64,000 bases of DNA from Terrimicrobiaceae bacterium (GCA_041752695.1 JBGSVZ010000102.1:33749-97748), one strand, 5' to 3'. Shown: positions 31,288-42,170, counted from the first letter of the stretch. Numbers and translations: made by a program. The notes: a model not told the origin generated them from the letters alone.

Positions 31288-32955
31288 ATGACGGTGAATT
31301 CTGAGCCCATCTCTTCCAGCCTTCCGCTCCAGCGGCAAACCAGAGCCGATGTTCTCGTGGTAGGTGGCGGTTGCGGAGGTGTCGGAGCCGCGCTGGCGGT
31401 GAGTGCCATGGGTTATCGTGTGGTCCTCACCGAGGAGACCGACTGGCTGGGAGGTCAACTCACAAGCCAAGCCGTCCCCCCGGATGAGCACCCGTGGATT
31501 GAGCGATTCGGCTGTACCTTGCGGTATCGGGAATTCAGGGATCGTGTGAGGGCGCACTACAAACAAAACCATCCCCTCACCCAAGCCGCCCGAGAGGATC
31601 GGTATCTTAATCCAGGACAGGGGCTCGTTTCCGCGCTGTGTTTCGAGCCGCGGGTGGGCGCATCCGTGCTCGATGACATGATGTCGGCGGCACGATCCCG
31701 CGGACTGCTGGATATCCGATTTTTTTGTCGCCCGGTCGGCGTGGAACTTGGGGGGATCGGAGATGAATTCGTTCGCTCCGTCGATTTCCTGAACGTTCGC
31801 ACGGGCACAAAGGAAACGGTTGAGGCGGAATTCGTGCTGGACGCCACCGAGTTGGGCGACCTGCTTCCCCTGGCACGGTGTGAGTACGTGATAGGGCGGG
31901 AATCTCAGTCTCGCACCGGCGAGCCACACGCCATCGACGGCGCGCCTGAACCGCAAAGCCAGCAGGCCATGACATGGTGTTTTGCGATGTCTTACGAGCC
32001 CGATGCCGACCACACCATCAACCGTCCGTCCACATACGAGTTCTGGAAATCCCACTCTCCCGATCTCGATCCCCCATGGCCAGGTCCACTCCTTTCCTGG
32101 GTTCAAGGTCATCCCATACACGATAATCCTGATCACTCGCTAACGATGCGCTTGTTTCCCGAAAAGCCTGCGGATCCGTTCTCCCGATGGCTATACCGAC
32201 GGATTCTCTGGGAGGGACATTTCTTGAAAGAGTCCGGAGTGCGTGACGTCACTCTCGTCAATTGGAGTCAGAATGACTACTTCCTCGGGTCCGTCATCGA
32301 TCGCCCCGAGGAGGAAGTCGCCCGGAACTTTGAGGCCTCCCGGCAGCTCTCTCTCTCTCTTCTGTATTGGTTGCAAACGGAAGCGCCCCGTCCTGACGGG
32401 GGCACCGGCTACCACGGGCTCTATTTACGACCAGACGTGATGGGCTCCGTTGACGGCCTGGCCAAGGCGGCCTACATCCGGGAGTCCCGCCGCATCGAAG
32501 CGGTGACAACTATCACGGAGTGCCATGTGGGGGTGGATGCGAGGAGGTTGCTCGGTTTGCCACCACACGCGGAGAAATTTCCGGATTCTGTAGGCGTGGG
32601 GGCCTACAGCATCGACCTCCACCCCCGTTGTGGAGGCCGGGCCAGTGGCCTGAACCTCGATGCGTACCCTTTCCGAATCCCCATCGGAGCTCTGCTTCCC
32701 GTCCGGATGCGAAACTTGCTTGCGGCCGGCAAGAACCTCGGTGCCACGCACATCAGCAACGGCTGCACAAGGCTCCACCCAGTGGAATGGAATGTCGGGG
32801 AATCCGCAGGTTTGCTCGCAGCTTTTTGTCTGCAAGGCCACCATTCCCCGCATGAGGTGCGCGAGAAGGAACCGCTCCTCGCCGATTTTCAGAGATTACT
32901 CGCTCGGCATGGCGTGGAAATTGAGATGGACTGGGCCACGATCCGCCCGCTTTAA
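31288..32955 (+). CDS. FAD-dependent oxidoreductase (FAD_oxidored type)
   Basis: DVLVVGGGCGGVGAA, EETDWLGGQ, DATELGD, YIRESRR, RLHPVEWNVGESAG. Confidence 0.88.
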   Translation: MTVNSEPISSSLPLQRQTRADVLVVGGGCGGVGAALAVSAMGYRVVLTEETDWLGGQLTSQAVPPDEHPWIERFGCTLRYREFRDRVRAHYKQNHPLTQAAREDRYLNPGQGLVSALCFEPRVGASVLDDMMSAARSRGLLDIRFFCRPVGVELGGIGDEFVRSVDFLNVRTGTKETVEAEFVLDATELGDLLPLARCEYVIGRESQSRTGEPHAIDGAPEPQSQQAMTWCFAMSYEPDADHTINRPSTYEFWKSHSPDLDPPWPGPLLSWVQGHPIHDNPDHSLTMRLFPEKPADPFSRWLYRRILWEGHFLKESGVRDVTLVNWSQNDYFLGSVIDRPEEEVARNFEASRQLSLSLLYWLQTEAPRPDGGTGYHGLYLRPDVMGSVDGLAKAAYIRESRRIEAVTTITECHVGVDARRLLGLPPHAEKFPDSVGVGAYSIDLHPRCGGRASGLNLDAYPFRIPIGALLPVRMRNLLAAGKNLGATHISNGCTRLHPVEWNVGESAGLLAAFCLQGHHSPHEVREKEPLLADFQRLLARHGVEIEMDWATIRPL

Positions 32956-32973
32956 ACTTCGAATCCTTTGGAA

Positions 32974-34530
32974 ATGTCCTCCAATCCCGACAATTCCTGT
33001 CTCGGACTCATCCCTGGCGTCGTGCTGCTTGAACGCCGCGAGGGTTCGTTCGTGCTCAATGCAAATGTCCGCATCGTAGCCTCCGGCCCCGGAGCCGATG
33101 CCCTCGCGGAACTGCTCGGCGAGTATCTCGGGATCGAAACAGGAGCAACCACCGGTCCCGCCATTCATCTTGTCTGTGATAAGGAAAGTGGACTTGGTGA
33201 GGATTTTCCCGATGAATCCTACGAGCTAAAAATTGCGCCTGCGGAGATGCATCTGTTTGCGCCCGAAACGGCTGGCCTTGCTCGCGGGATTCAGACAGTC
33301 CGGCAGTTGCTTCCGGCCAAGTTCCTGCCGCCCGGTGAAGCTGGGCGGACGGATTGCCGATTGCCTGCTCTCCGCATTAAGGACCGCCCTGCCTTCCCTT
33401 GGAGAGGCATGCATCTCGACGTGGCCCGACATTTTTTCGGCGTGGATGACGTGTGCCGGTTCATCGATCTGATCGCCTTCCACCGATTTAACCGGTTACA
33501 TCTCCACCTGACCGACGACCAAGGCTGGCGGATAGAGATTCAAAAATTTCCCCGTCTGACCGAAATTGGAGGAAGGCGCCCCTGCACGTTAATCGGTCGC
33601 GACACCAACCGTCCACGACGCTATGATGACACCCCCCACGAGGGGTGGTTTTCTCAGAACGATATCCGAAAGATCGTTGCCTACGCCAGCCGCCGTCACA
33701 TCCAGATTATTCCTGAGATCGAACTGCCAGGGCACATGCTGGCCGCGATCTGCGCCTATCCCGAATTGGGAAACGGACTCTCGCCCCGAGAACCGCTCTG
33801 CCACTGGGGAATTTCACAAACCATTCTCAATGCCGAGGGGGAGACCATGGGCTTTCTGGAATCCGTCTTCGCGGAGGTGGCCAACCTTTTCCCCGGCACG
33901 TTCATCCATATCGGCGGCGACGAAGTGCCAACCGCCGAATGGGAACACAGCAGACGAATCCAAAATCGGCTCGTTGAACTCGGGCTTCCTCACGAACGAT
34001 CTCTTCAACGGTGGTACGTGGACAACTTACAAAAAGCCCTGGCACCACGTGGTCGTCGCCTCGTGGCTTGGGATGAAATACTCGAGGCTTCACCCTCCAC
34101 GGACTTGGTCGTCATGAACTGGCGTCACAGCCAAGGCGCAATCGACGCCGCTCGCCGGGGCCACGATGTCGTTAACGCAAGCAGTGATTTTACCTACTTT
34201 GATTTTTATCAGGCCGATCCGATTTCTGAGGAACCAATTGCCAACGGCCGGGAAATCACCACGGCACGCGTTTACGCCTTCGACCCGATTCCCCACGGCC
34301 TTGAGCCGGAATTCCACCCCCGTATTCTCGGAGCTCAGGGCCAACTATGGACGGAGTACATTGCCACACGCGACCATCTGGATTACATGACATTTCCCCG
34401 CGCATGCGCACTTGCCGAAGTGCTCTGGTTATCCAGCCGCCGCGAGCGCTTCCTTCCGTTTCGACACCGCCTGGATTTCCATCGTGGCCGCCTGACCGCT
34501 CTTGGCGTCAACGCACACCCCAGGCCGTAA
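32974..34530 (+). CDS. GH20 beta-N-acetylhexosaminidase (no signal peptide)
   Basis: WRGMHLDVARHF, HLTDDQGWR, PEIELPGH, HIGGDE, LWTEYI, FPRACALAE. Confidence 0.93.
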   Translation: MSSNPDNSCLGLIPGVVLLERREGSFVLNANVRIVASGPGADALAELLGEYLGIETGATTGPAIHLVCDKESGLGEDFPDESYELKIAPAEMHLFAPETAGLARGIQTVRQLLPAKFLPPGEAGRTDCRLPALRIKDRPAFPWRGMHLDVARHFFGVDDVCRFIDLIAFHRFNRLHLHLTDDQGWRIEIQKFPRLTEIGGRRPCTLIGRDTNRPRRYDDTPHEGWFSQNDIRKIVAYASRRHIQIIPEIELPGHMLAAICAYPELGNGLSPREPLCHWGISQTILNAEGETMGFLESVFAEVANLFPGTFIHIGGDEVPTAEWEHSRRIQNRLVELGLPHERSLQRWYVDNLQKALAPRGRRLVAWDEILEASPSTDLVVMNWRHSQGAIDAARRGHDVVNASSDFTYFDFYQADPISEEPIANGREITTARVYAFDPIPHGLEPEFHPRILGAQGQLWTEYIATRDHLDYMTFPRACALAEVLWLSSRRERFLPFRHRLDFHRGRLTALGVNAHPRP

Positions 34531-34673
34531 GAAACGGCTTTACCCGATAGAGAAAAGTGCTTCGCGACCGCGCCAGAATGCCACCGGGAAAGCGGACTTG
34601 CCCCGTTGATATTTATCCGAGATGGAGCGAAGACAAGAGTCGAGAAGCGAACGAACCGTTGCAAAAAGAAAAC

Positions 34674-34702
34674 TTGCAAAAAAATTACAGTTTAGGTATT
34701 GT
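34674..34702 (+). promoter_or_regulatory. Sigma70-like promoter of the Verru_Chthon operon, overlapped by the shared 15-bp motif
   Basis: TTGCAA (34674-34679), 17-bp spacer, TATTGT (34697-34702). Confidence 0.5.
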
Positions 34703-34722
34703 TTAGCATCAGTCTGCAAAAT

Positions 34723-35199
34723 GTGAACAAACCTCCCAAAACCACAATCCGACAGACTGCGTGGCACGCTTTCGATGCGTTTACCTTGGTGGAGATCGTG
34801 CTAGTTGTGGGACTGGTGGCTTTCGTGCTGATTCCCGCCATTGGTGCCCTTGCGATGGCCTATCGCTCCTCGCAGGAAGCACGCAACAATATGGAATCCG
34901 CGGTGGTCCTGCAGTCGGCTTCAACCGTCCTGTCCGGCATCCCCCAAAGCCAGTTGCGCCAGCACCTGGATGCCCAAGACTTGGAGCTGTTTTTCGCAGA
35001 AGGTGGACGGTTTTTGGGAACCAATGCAACTGCCGCGACGAATACTTTTTATCGGGTTCTGGTGCTACGCACTCCAGATCTTCCGGCGACAAACGCCCTC
35101 CGACAGAACGTGATTCTCACGGTCGCGTATCCCTCGCCGACGTACAATCAGACGATACAGACTCCAGTAAGTATTTTCGGTTATGGATCGCGCCGCTAG
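34723..35199 (+). CDS. Verru_Chthon cassette protein B-like (prepilin-type)
   Basis: AFTLVEIVLVVGLVAFVLIPAIG prepilin motif; LFFAEGG and FYRVLV; GTG start at 34723 preferred because of the promoter position. Confidence 0.75.
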   Translation: MNKPPKTTIRQTAWHAFDAFTLVEIVLVVGLVAFVLIPAIGALAMAYRSSQEARNNMESAVVLQSASTVLSGIPQSQLRQHLDAQDLELFFAEGGRFLGTNATAATNTFYRVLVLRTPDLPATNALRQNVILTVAYPSPTYNQTIQTPVSIFGYGSRR

Positions 35200-36181
35200 A
35201 TCACCGATAGAGGCAAGGAGAGGGTTCACACTCCTTGAGCTGCTTGTGGCCACCGCGGTTTTGGCCCTGCTGCTTGTGATCCTTGCAACGCTGCTCAACT
35301 ATTCGCAGGATGGATTTGCGCGTCTGAGTAGTTTGGCCCAACGGCGACAGAACGCTCAAACAGCGCTTTTTGCCATGGCCGCCGAACTTCGGTCGGCAAC
35401 TCGACCCGACCTGGGCCACTATGAGTTGGCAAATCCTGCAAACCGCATACCGCAGTTGCTCATCAACCCGGCATCCCTGGATGCCAATGCAGCCACCCGC
35501 AACGCGCACTCGATTTTTTGGCAGGCGACTGGTGATGCGCAACAGGCGGGCTCTTCGCTTGTGGGATACTTTGTTCGGTGGGAGCAGGCGGCAGGGCAAC
35601 CGCCCCAGCCGCGCTTGTGCCGGTTCGAACTCGATAGTCGGCAATCGGAAACGATTCGCGAAACCCTGCAGCAGCCCTCTGCATCCAGCGATTGGCCCAC
35701 AGTCTCTCTCATCGACTCCAGGGCTCCCGGCGATTTAGACAATGGTTTCGCGGGTTGGTTGGCTGATGACATTCTTGCACTTTTCATCCGAGCGCTTGAC
35801 CCGGAGATGAAGCCCATCACAAATGAGGCCCGAAGCGTTTCAGGACCACGGATGAGCGGCGAGCCCGGAACACTGTTTTCTGCATCACTCGTGGGTACCG
35901 CTCTCAATGGGCGCTATGATTCGCGCCGGGGATATCAATTCCAACGGGGCTCTGCCACAATCAACTGCCTCGGACCGCGCTATCCGGCAGCCGTTGAAAT
36001 CGCAGTGATCTCAGCTCCGCCACGTGCTCTGAGAACCCTCACTTCGATTCCCACAACACCTTCCGCCACCAATCCGACACAATTCTGGAGCGACATAGAC
36101 ACCTATGTGGCCTCGCTTCCTGATCAGGTCCGAAAAAACCTTCAGATTTACTCCGTGATTGTGACCCTCTCTCAGCCATGA
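35183..36181 (+). CDS. Verru_Chthon cassette protein C-like (prepilin-type)
   Basis: RRGFTLLELLVATAVLALL; HSIFWQ, VGYFVRW, LADDILAL, YDSRR, PAAVEIAV. Confidence 0.8.
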   Translation: MDRAARSPIEARRGFTLLELLVATAVLALLLVILATLLNYSQDGFARLSSLAQRRQNAQTALFAMAAELRSATRPDLGHYELANPANRIPQLLINPASLDANAATRNAHSIFWQATGDAQQAGSSLVGYFVRWEQAAGQPPQPRLCRFELDSRQSETIRETLQQPSASSDWPTVSLIDSRAPGDLDNGFAGWLADDILALFIRALDPEMKPITNEARSVSGPRMSGEPGTLFSASLVGTALNGRYDSRRGYQFQRGSATINCLGPRYPAAVEIAVISAPPRALRTLTSIPTTPSATNPTQFWSDIDTYVASLPDQVRKNLQIYSVIVTLSQP

Positions 36182-39100
36182 CGCCCTCTCATCTCAAAGG
36201 CCGTTGCGGATTCTCTCTGGCACTCGTCTTGCCCATTTTGGCGATCGTGACAATCCTGATTGTGACGGCGCTCACACTCGCCATGTTCGACAACCGCTCG
36301 GCGGTCAGTGGGCTGAGATTGTGGGAATCGGAAAACATGGCAAAGATCGCCATCGCCGACATCGCCGAGAAGATCGTCAGCATTCCTCTCGATACCCACT
36401 GGGCCGCTTCACCAGGGAGGATTCGCTACTGGGACGGTTCCTCTTGGGAGGCCATTCAACTGTACTCGGAAGGCAATCCCTCGGACCAGGTGGACCTCAA
36501 TGCTCCGCTCGCCGACGGGCGATTCCCGATTCTGCCCGCCAACATGGAATTTGGAAACGTGCCACCTCTGATGCCGGTGAGTTGGATCTACATTCGTCAA
36601 GATGGCACCCGCGAATCCAGCCCCGCCTTCGACGCCGCGAATCCGGTCATAGGTCGTTTTGCCTACTGGGCGGATGTCGAAAACGGTCGCGTCAACATCA
36701 ACACTGCCGGACTCGGAATGACCGAGTTCGCTTCCAATCTTGCGACTTGGAATTGGTCGACCTGGGCCACGAATCCGAACACGGTGGCAATAACCCAATC
36801 GGAATATGAGAATCGCGTGTGGCGCAACAACCCATTCCTCACGGACGAGGTTACAGTCACTGCCTTAGGAGCCCTAGACTTTCCTTCCCTCGATCGGGAC
36901 TTGGCGCATGGCAACATTCTCCAAAATCTCGTGGCACACCCTAGTTCCATCGATTTGTCGTTTCTTGAGAGTGTTACTGAGCAGGAAAGCTTCAACACCT
37001 TTCGTTATGCCGGGTCGTACTTTCTACGAACCGATGCGAGAAACTCGTATCTCAGAGCCGATGGTACAGATTATATCACTGCCGCCCCGGACCTCAGTGT
37101 GCGTCGTTTTGTGACACCCGCGGATTGGAGGCTCGTCGTCGGTGCGGACACGTACGAAAAAAACCGGGCCTACATCACAACGCGGGGACGCACTCCGGAA
37201 ATCACTCCCTGGGGCACTCCGAAATTGAACCTGAGCTTACTCAACGATGATGCGAACTTTCTGGGAGTCTGGACCGAGGACTACCAGCGTCAGTTGCATA
37301 GCTGGGGAACGGTGCCGCTCTTTGGCGATGCCAGCTTCGGACTGTATTACGCGCAAGACACCAGGGCGGTCACCGCGCCAGCCATCTACTCTTTCATTAA
37401 TGCCGGACTGCCTTCCAACCGCGCCAGCTTCCGGGATTTGAGCGGAGAGATTCCCTCATCGGCCAACGACCCGACGATTGCATCATTAGTCACCGCAATC
37501 GACCGAACGATGGATGTTCGTTTCCCTGGCTTCTCCCGTTCTCTCGCGGAAAAGTATGACGGTCTCGGTGGAACGAATGGATCGGAGCAGGTGGCAGTGG
37601 AGCTTCTCACCTATTCAGATGCCGCGCTCAACGGATTTGCTCCCGGGTGGTCATTTTTCGCAAGTTCGAGGGACGATTTTGTCTCGGGTTTCGATACCAC
37701 CTCAAATTGGCCCTACAAACTCTACAACGGATTGTGGAACCTCCACGGCTTTGGTTCCAACACCCGCCGGATTGGTTCCTCGGGACCGTTCCTGGTCAAT
37801 GAACTCAGTATGCAGGCCGACCTGACCACGTGGGCAGGACAGCAATCGGTTTATGCCCTTGACCCATCGCGAGTTGGAACTCTGGCCTCCCCAGGAGCCC
37901 ACCTAAGCAATCAGGGTGTCCAGGGTCATGTCCTGATCTTTCTTACACGTCAGCCCAATCCGGGCGATGTGTTTATTCAGATTTCAATGGATGCGGAAAT
38001 TGCGACCCCTGCTCGCTACGGTTTCGCCACCCCGATCCAAGATGTCGGATTTTTTGGTCTGATCCCTGATATAGAATGCACGTATTCTTCGACCGATCCC
38101 ACTGCGTCGGGCGGGACCTTGCGATTTTCAGGCAATCAAACGGTGAGTTCCTTGATTGCCCCGTCATCGGCCTTCGCGTTTCCCTATCCCAGACGTGGAG
38201 CGCTTATGCTCTTCGGGTTGGCCTCAAACCATCCCCGGCCAGCCACCGGAACAAGCTATACGACCATGCGCCGCATGCAAAACAGTAAGTTGCTCGTTGG
38301 CCCCTTTGCCCCGGACAGTTCGGTTTCTATCAGTCTGAGACCGAAATTTGTCTTCACGACCGAGTCGTACACGCAAAGTGACGCCCCCCGCAGTACAACC
38401 CGCCTGTGGACCATGGTTCCCGGCACATTCCTCGACGCAACCGCAGGGAGTTTGGCGAGTCCCCTCAACGAAAATGACTATCTGGAGTACGATTTCCCCG
38501 GACTGGACACAAGTTTCCCATTTGCGCGGAGAATTTCTTTCGAGGTGGACGACCCGAGAGTTGCTCGCAAGGCCTCCGATTGGATCGTCTCAGACGGCGG
38601 ATCGCTTGGCGTCCAGAATTCAAACTACACCGGGGGCGGAGGAATTGATTCCGACCTTGCCAAGCCGAACACATTGCTCCAATCCGCACGAAGCCGGATC
38701 AGAGCCGCCGCAAACTCTTCACCTGTCGGCCAGTGGGCTTCCCACCAGCCTCGAGACGAATTTCAAAATGCCTCACGAATTTTGGGCCTGCCAGGCGTTG
38801 GATACCTTTCAAGCGTGCCTACCGGAGTTGACGCCGGTATTCCGTGGCTGACGATGCAATTTCAGCCAACGTCGGACGATCCCCCAGATTGGCTCATGTG
38901 GAGCCTTCTGTATGTCCCCTTTGACCGAAGCATCGCAAATCAAACCGATGGCAAACTTAATATCAATGCAACGCTCCACCCTTTCAATATTACACGCCAG
39001 AAACCGCTCGAAGCCCTCTTGGGCAACCGGCTTACAAACCCGGCCTCTTTGGCTTCGAACATCGCCAATCGCTCAGTATCAGGAACTCTGGTGGGTCCAG

Positions 39101-39576
39101 CAGACATGTTTGTTTACCCCGGCCAACTTTGCCAGGTCAACGGAATCACCGATGGCGGAACTCAAGAGTATGACCGCGAGCGCCTGGCACGCGACCTTGC
39201 CGACATCGTCACGACTCAATGTGACGACTACCGAGTTTTTGCCATTGGTCAGTCAGGACGCCAACAGGCTGATGGCCGTTTCATACCATCGGCAACTGTC
39301 CGCGTGGAAGCGACTGTGAGTCGCAGTGCCGACACGGGAACGGACGGCTACCCCCTCGGCATCTTTACCAATCCCGACACCGGCGGGAATGCCAGCAATC
39401 AGTTCCTCGTTCACCGCCGCAGCACCTACGCAGCAGAAGGAAATTCAGCCTCCACCTTTAATGTTTACGCCACAACCGAACGAAGCGCCTACGGCACGGA
39501 TCTCCTGCCCAATACGGGAGACGACTGGCTCGTGCCGCAGCGCATCGACATTACCAGCTACAGCATACAAAGATGA
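36178..39576 (+). CDS. Verru_Chthon cassette protein A-like (1132 aa, PilX/GspK-like)
   Basis: GFSLALVLPILAIVTILI; WAASPG, PVSWIY, GRFAYWADVENGRVNINTA, GKLNINA, IVTTQCDDYRVFAIGQ. Confidence 0.8.
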   Translation: MTPSHLKGRCGFSLALVLPILAIVTILIVTALTLAMFDNRSAVSGLRLWESENMAKIAIADIAEKIVSIPLDTHWAASPGRIRYWDGSSWEAIQLYSEGNPSDQVDLNAPLADGRFPILPANMEFGNVPPLMPVSWIYIRQDGTRESSPAFDAANPVIGRFAYWADVENGRVNINTAGLGMTEFASNLATWNWSTWATNPNTVAITQSEYENRVWRNNPFLTDEVTVTALGALDFPSLDRDLAHGNILQNLVAHPSSIDLSFLESVTEQESFNTFRYAGSYFLRTDARNSYLRADGTDYITAAPDLSVRRFVTPADWRLVVGADTYEKNRAYITTRGRTPEITPWGTPKLNLSLLNDDANFLGVWTEDYQRQLHSWGTVPLFGDASFGLYYAQDTRAVTAPAIYSFINAGLPSNRASFRDLSGEIPSSANDPTIASLVTAIDRTMDVRFPGFSRSLAEKYDGLGGTNGSEQVAVELLTYSDAALNGFAPGWSFFASSRDDFVSGFDTTSNWPYKLYNGLWNLHGFGSNTRRIGSSGPFLVNELSMQADLTTWAGQQSVYALDPSRVGTLASPGAHLSNQGVQGHVLIFLTRQPNPGDVFIQISMDAEIATPARYGFATPIQDVGFFGLIPDIECTYSSTDPTASGGTLRFSGNQTVSSLIAPSSAFAFPYPRRGALMLFGLASNHPRPATGTSYTTMRRMQNSKLLVGPFAPDSSVSISLRPKFVFTTESYTQSDAPRSTTRLWTMVPGTFLDATAGSLASPLNENDYLEYDFPGLDTSFPFARRISFEVDDPRVARKASDWIVSDGGSLGVQNSNYTGGGGIDSDLAKPNTLLQSARSRIRAAANSSPVGQWASHQPRDEFQNASRILGLPGVGYLSSVPTGVDAGIPWLTMQFQPTSDDPPDWLMWSLLYVPFDRSIANQTDGKLNINATLHPFNITRQKPLEALLGNRLTNPASLASNIANRSVSGTLVGPADMFVYPGQLCQVNGITDGGTQEYDRERLARDLADIVTTQCDDYRVFAIGQSGRQQADGRFIPSATVRVEATVSRSADTGTDGYPLGIFTNPDTGGNASNQFLVHRRSTYAAEGNSASTFNVYATTERSAYGTDLLPNTGDDWLVPQRIDITSYSIQR

Positions 39577-40298
39577 GACGCCCGCGAATCAGCCCCTATT
39601 TTCAGCATCCTAAATATTCATCGGTGTTTTTCGCAACACTCGGGATTCTCTCAGCTTTAATTTCCTCTATGGCGGCGGCACCGGTTTCGGAATCGGCTAT
39701 GCCACAGGAACTTCTCGCGGTTTTTCCAAAACCTCCACCACACTGGAAGATGGTTTCTTCGATTGCTCGCAAGGACCTTACCGGCGGCGAAAAACCAACC
39801 ACCACAGCCACTCGAATCTACGAGATAGCCGAGCGTGAAAAAGAGCCGCCAAGGAGCCTCATGATTGAGGCAGTGGATCTCATTGCCCGAACGGATCTAT
39901 TGGACTATCTCCGGGACGCTTCGCCGACATCCTCCACAGGCGCATCTCCGTTCCAAGTCGGCCGTTTCCTTGGGCGGATTCGACAAACCAATCCCAACAG
40001 CCTGCGAATGCAGGCACTGGTGGGCGGTCGCGTTACCGTGCGTGTTGAAACAAAAGATATCTCTTCGGAGGACTTTATCCGTCTGCTGAAGCAGCTTGAT
40101 TGGGATGAAATGGTCGCCGATACGGCGGAACTCCCGCAGCGGGTCAATTCCAAGAATGAGTTCATTGTGGGCGTCTTCTACGAATTGGATCCGAAACTGA
40201 CTCAGGCGACCGTCATCCCAGTGTATGTGCCACCGTCAAAGGCACCTCCTCAGCTTGCAGAAGATTTGCCCGTTCCGCCTCAGCCACAAGGTCCATGA
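39573..40298 (+). CDS. Secreted or membrane-anchored hypothetical protein inside the cassette
   Basis: N-terminal hydrophobic segment; ATGA overlaps with both neighbours. Confidence 0.65.
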   Translation: MRRPRISPYFQHPKYSSVFFATLGILSALISSMAAAPVSESAMPQELLAVFPKPPPHWKMVSSIARKDLTGGEKPTTTATRIYEIAEREKEPPRSLMIEAVDLIARTDLLDYLRDASPTSSTGASPFQVGRFLGRIRQTNPNSLRMQALVGGRVTVRVETKDISSEDFIRLLKQLDWDEMVADTAELPQRVNSKNEFIVGVFYELDPKLTQATVIPVYVPPSKAPPQLAEDLPVPPQPQGP

Positions 40299-40972
40299 AC
40301 CCTGACTCGTTCATGTCAACCCCCACAATGCGCAGTCTTTTCCCATCCTCTCGCGCTTTCTCGCTTGTCGAATTATTGACGGTAATTGCAATCATGCTGA
40401 TTCTTGGCGTCGCAATGGCCACAATCGGGTCAGGCTTGCTGGAGGGTCGCGACCTGTCATTCGCCCATGAAATTGTCAAGGGCCAGCTTCAGCGTGCGAG
40501 AATGCATGCGGCCTCGAAAGGCGAGCTTTCCATTCTGGTCGTTCGCACAACTGGCGACAAATCGTGGCAGCGTGCAGCCGTTTTCGCCGTGGATCCCCGT
40601 TCGCAAAATTGGTCGCAAGTCGAGCCTTGGCGCGACCTGCCCGGGCGAATTTTTGTCGATCCGACATATGACCCCAATTCAGAACCGTGGGACAGCAAAC
40701 CTATCTCGCTTTCGACAGCCCACCTCGTCACATCGGCCCCCTCTCCGCCGATCAACGATACCGGCACAACACTCACCCACGCCACGGACTACACCACAGT
40801 GGCCTTTTATCCCGGCAGCGGTCTCTTGGTGGACACCAATGTCGCTCTTCGGCTTGCAGCGGGCCGACGGGACGGTGGCTCAGTGGAGATCATCGGTGGC
40901 TCGGCCCCTCCGAACTGGGTAAAACTGATCGTAGAGAAGGTCTCCGGTCAGACCAAGGAATTACTACCCTGA
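40295..40972 (+). CDS. Verru_Chthon cassette protein D-like (GspH/FimT-like pilin)
   Basis: RAFSLVELLTVIAIMLILG; LQRARMHA; VAFYPGSG; EKVSGQ. Confidence 0.8.
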   Translation: MNPDSFMSTPTMRSLFPSSRAFSLVELLTVIAIMLILGVAMATIGSGLLEGRDLSFAHEIVKGQLQRARMHAASKGELSILVVRTTGDKSWQRAAVFAVDPRSQNWSQVEPWRDLPGRIFVDPTYDPNSEPWDSKPISLSTAHLVTSAPSPPINDTGTTLTHATDYTTVAFYPGSGLLVDTNVALRLAAGRRDGGSVEIIGGSAPPNWVKLIVEKVSGQTKELLP

Positions 40973-41031
40973 GCCATTCCCCAACCAATTTTTCAATAGA
41001 AAGCAACCAGCACTCTAAAAGCGGCCCATTC

Positions 41032-42087
41032 ATGGATAAAATAAAACAACCCAATTCTTTAAGCGAAGGCACGATTCGCCTCATGCACTGTGACCTCAAC
41101 TGGGCGGCTGATCCGTGGCAGCGGCCTGCAACTCCCCAAGATTGGGCATTTGTGGATCCTCAAGAGTATTTTGATTGGCACCGGGATTTTGGAACCAATG
41201 TGATGTATTGTCAGGCATACCTTTTTGGAGGCACGGCTCTATATCCCACCAAACTGGGGCCGATAGCGCCGGGCACAGGATCCAGCCTGTTCCCGAAACT
41301 TTACGAAATAGCCCGCAAGGAAGGTTTTCCCGTCTGGTCCTATTTCTGCGTGGGGGCTGACCTCGTGATGAGCAACCATCGGAGCGATTGGGTCGTTCCA
41401 GGCAGCAAAAGATCCTGGCATCCTTACGGATTTTTAGCACCCGAGTCAGGGTGGACTGATCTCCTCTGCGCACGCATACGGGAGTTTCTGGCCCTGTATC
41501 CCGTGGATTGGCTCCTTCTGGACTGGTTCGTTTACGGGGGATTAAAACCCGACGAGGAACTCGTTCAGCCTTCCGACTACGCTCGCAGTCCTTTTCAGAG
41601 AATCATCGGTCGGGAAATGCCGGATTCCGCGGAAGCGATAACTCCTGAGGAGCATCTGCTCTACAAGCGAACGGTTCTAGCCGAACAGTTCTATCGGCTG
41701 AGGGATGCGGTTCGCGAAACCAGTCCCGAAACCAAAATCCTTTTTAATGTTCCCTACAACACAGCAGCGGAACCCCTCTGGGTTGATCACCCGATGCTTC
41801 GCGAAAGTGACGGACTCTTTGCCGAATGCAACAAGCCGGACGTGATGGAGTGGCTCCTCGGAGTGCGTTCTCCGAATCAGCGTATTATGACGACAATCAT
41901 TGGTCGCACAGAACCCGGTGAATGCGAACCTTCCGAATGGCGGCGTTGGCATGACGCGGGATGTGATTTTTTTGGCTATGTCCACTCGCCTCCCCCCGAT
42001 TTTCGCCCGCCTGCTTCGAAGCAAGGCGAGATACAGGTGGTGAAAAGGGCTTTTGATGCCATGCGGGAACTTGAATCAGCAGACTGA
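41032..42087 (+). CDS. Alpha-L-fucosidase(GH29)-like TIM-barrel protein
   Basis: GTALYPTKLG, VWSYFCVG, IREFLALYPVDWLLLDW. Confidence 0.5.
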   Translation: MDKIKQPNSLSEGTIRLMHCDLNWAADPWQRPATPQDWAFVDPQEYFDWHRDFGTNVMYCQAYLFGGTALYPTKLGPIAPGTGSSLFPKLYEIARKEGFPVWSYFCVGADLVMSNHRSDWVVPGSKRSWHPYGFLAPESGWTDLLCARIREFLALYPVDWLLLDWFVYGGLKPDEELVQPSDYARSPFQRIIGREMPDSAEAITPEEHLLYKRTVLAEQFYRLRDAVRETSPETKILFNVPYNTAAEPLWVDHPMLRESDGLFAECNKPDVMEWLLGVRSPNQRIMTTIIGRTEPGECEPSEWRRWHDAGCDFFGYVHSPPPDFRPPASKQGEIQVVKRAFDAMRELESAD

Positions 42088-42170
42088 GCGTTTCGCGGGA
42101 TACGTTTTCCTGATTTCTAATTTTGTGCGTGCAAAAGAATGAACCCCAGGCACCGAACCAAACACTTCTC

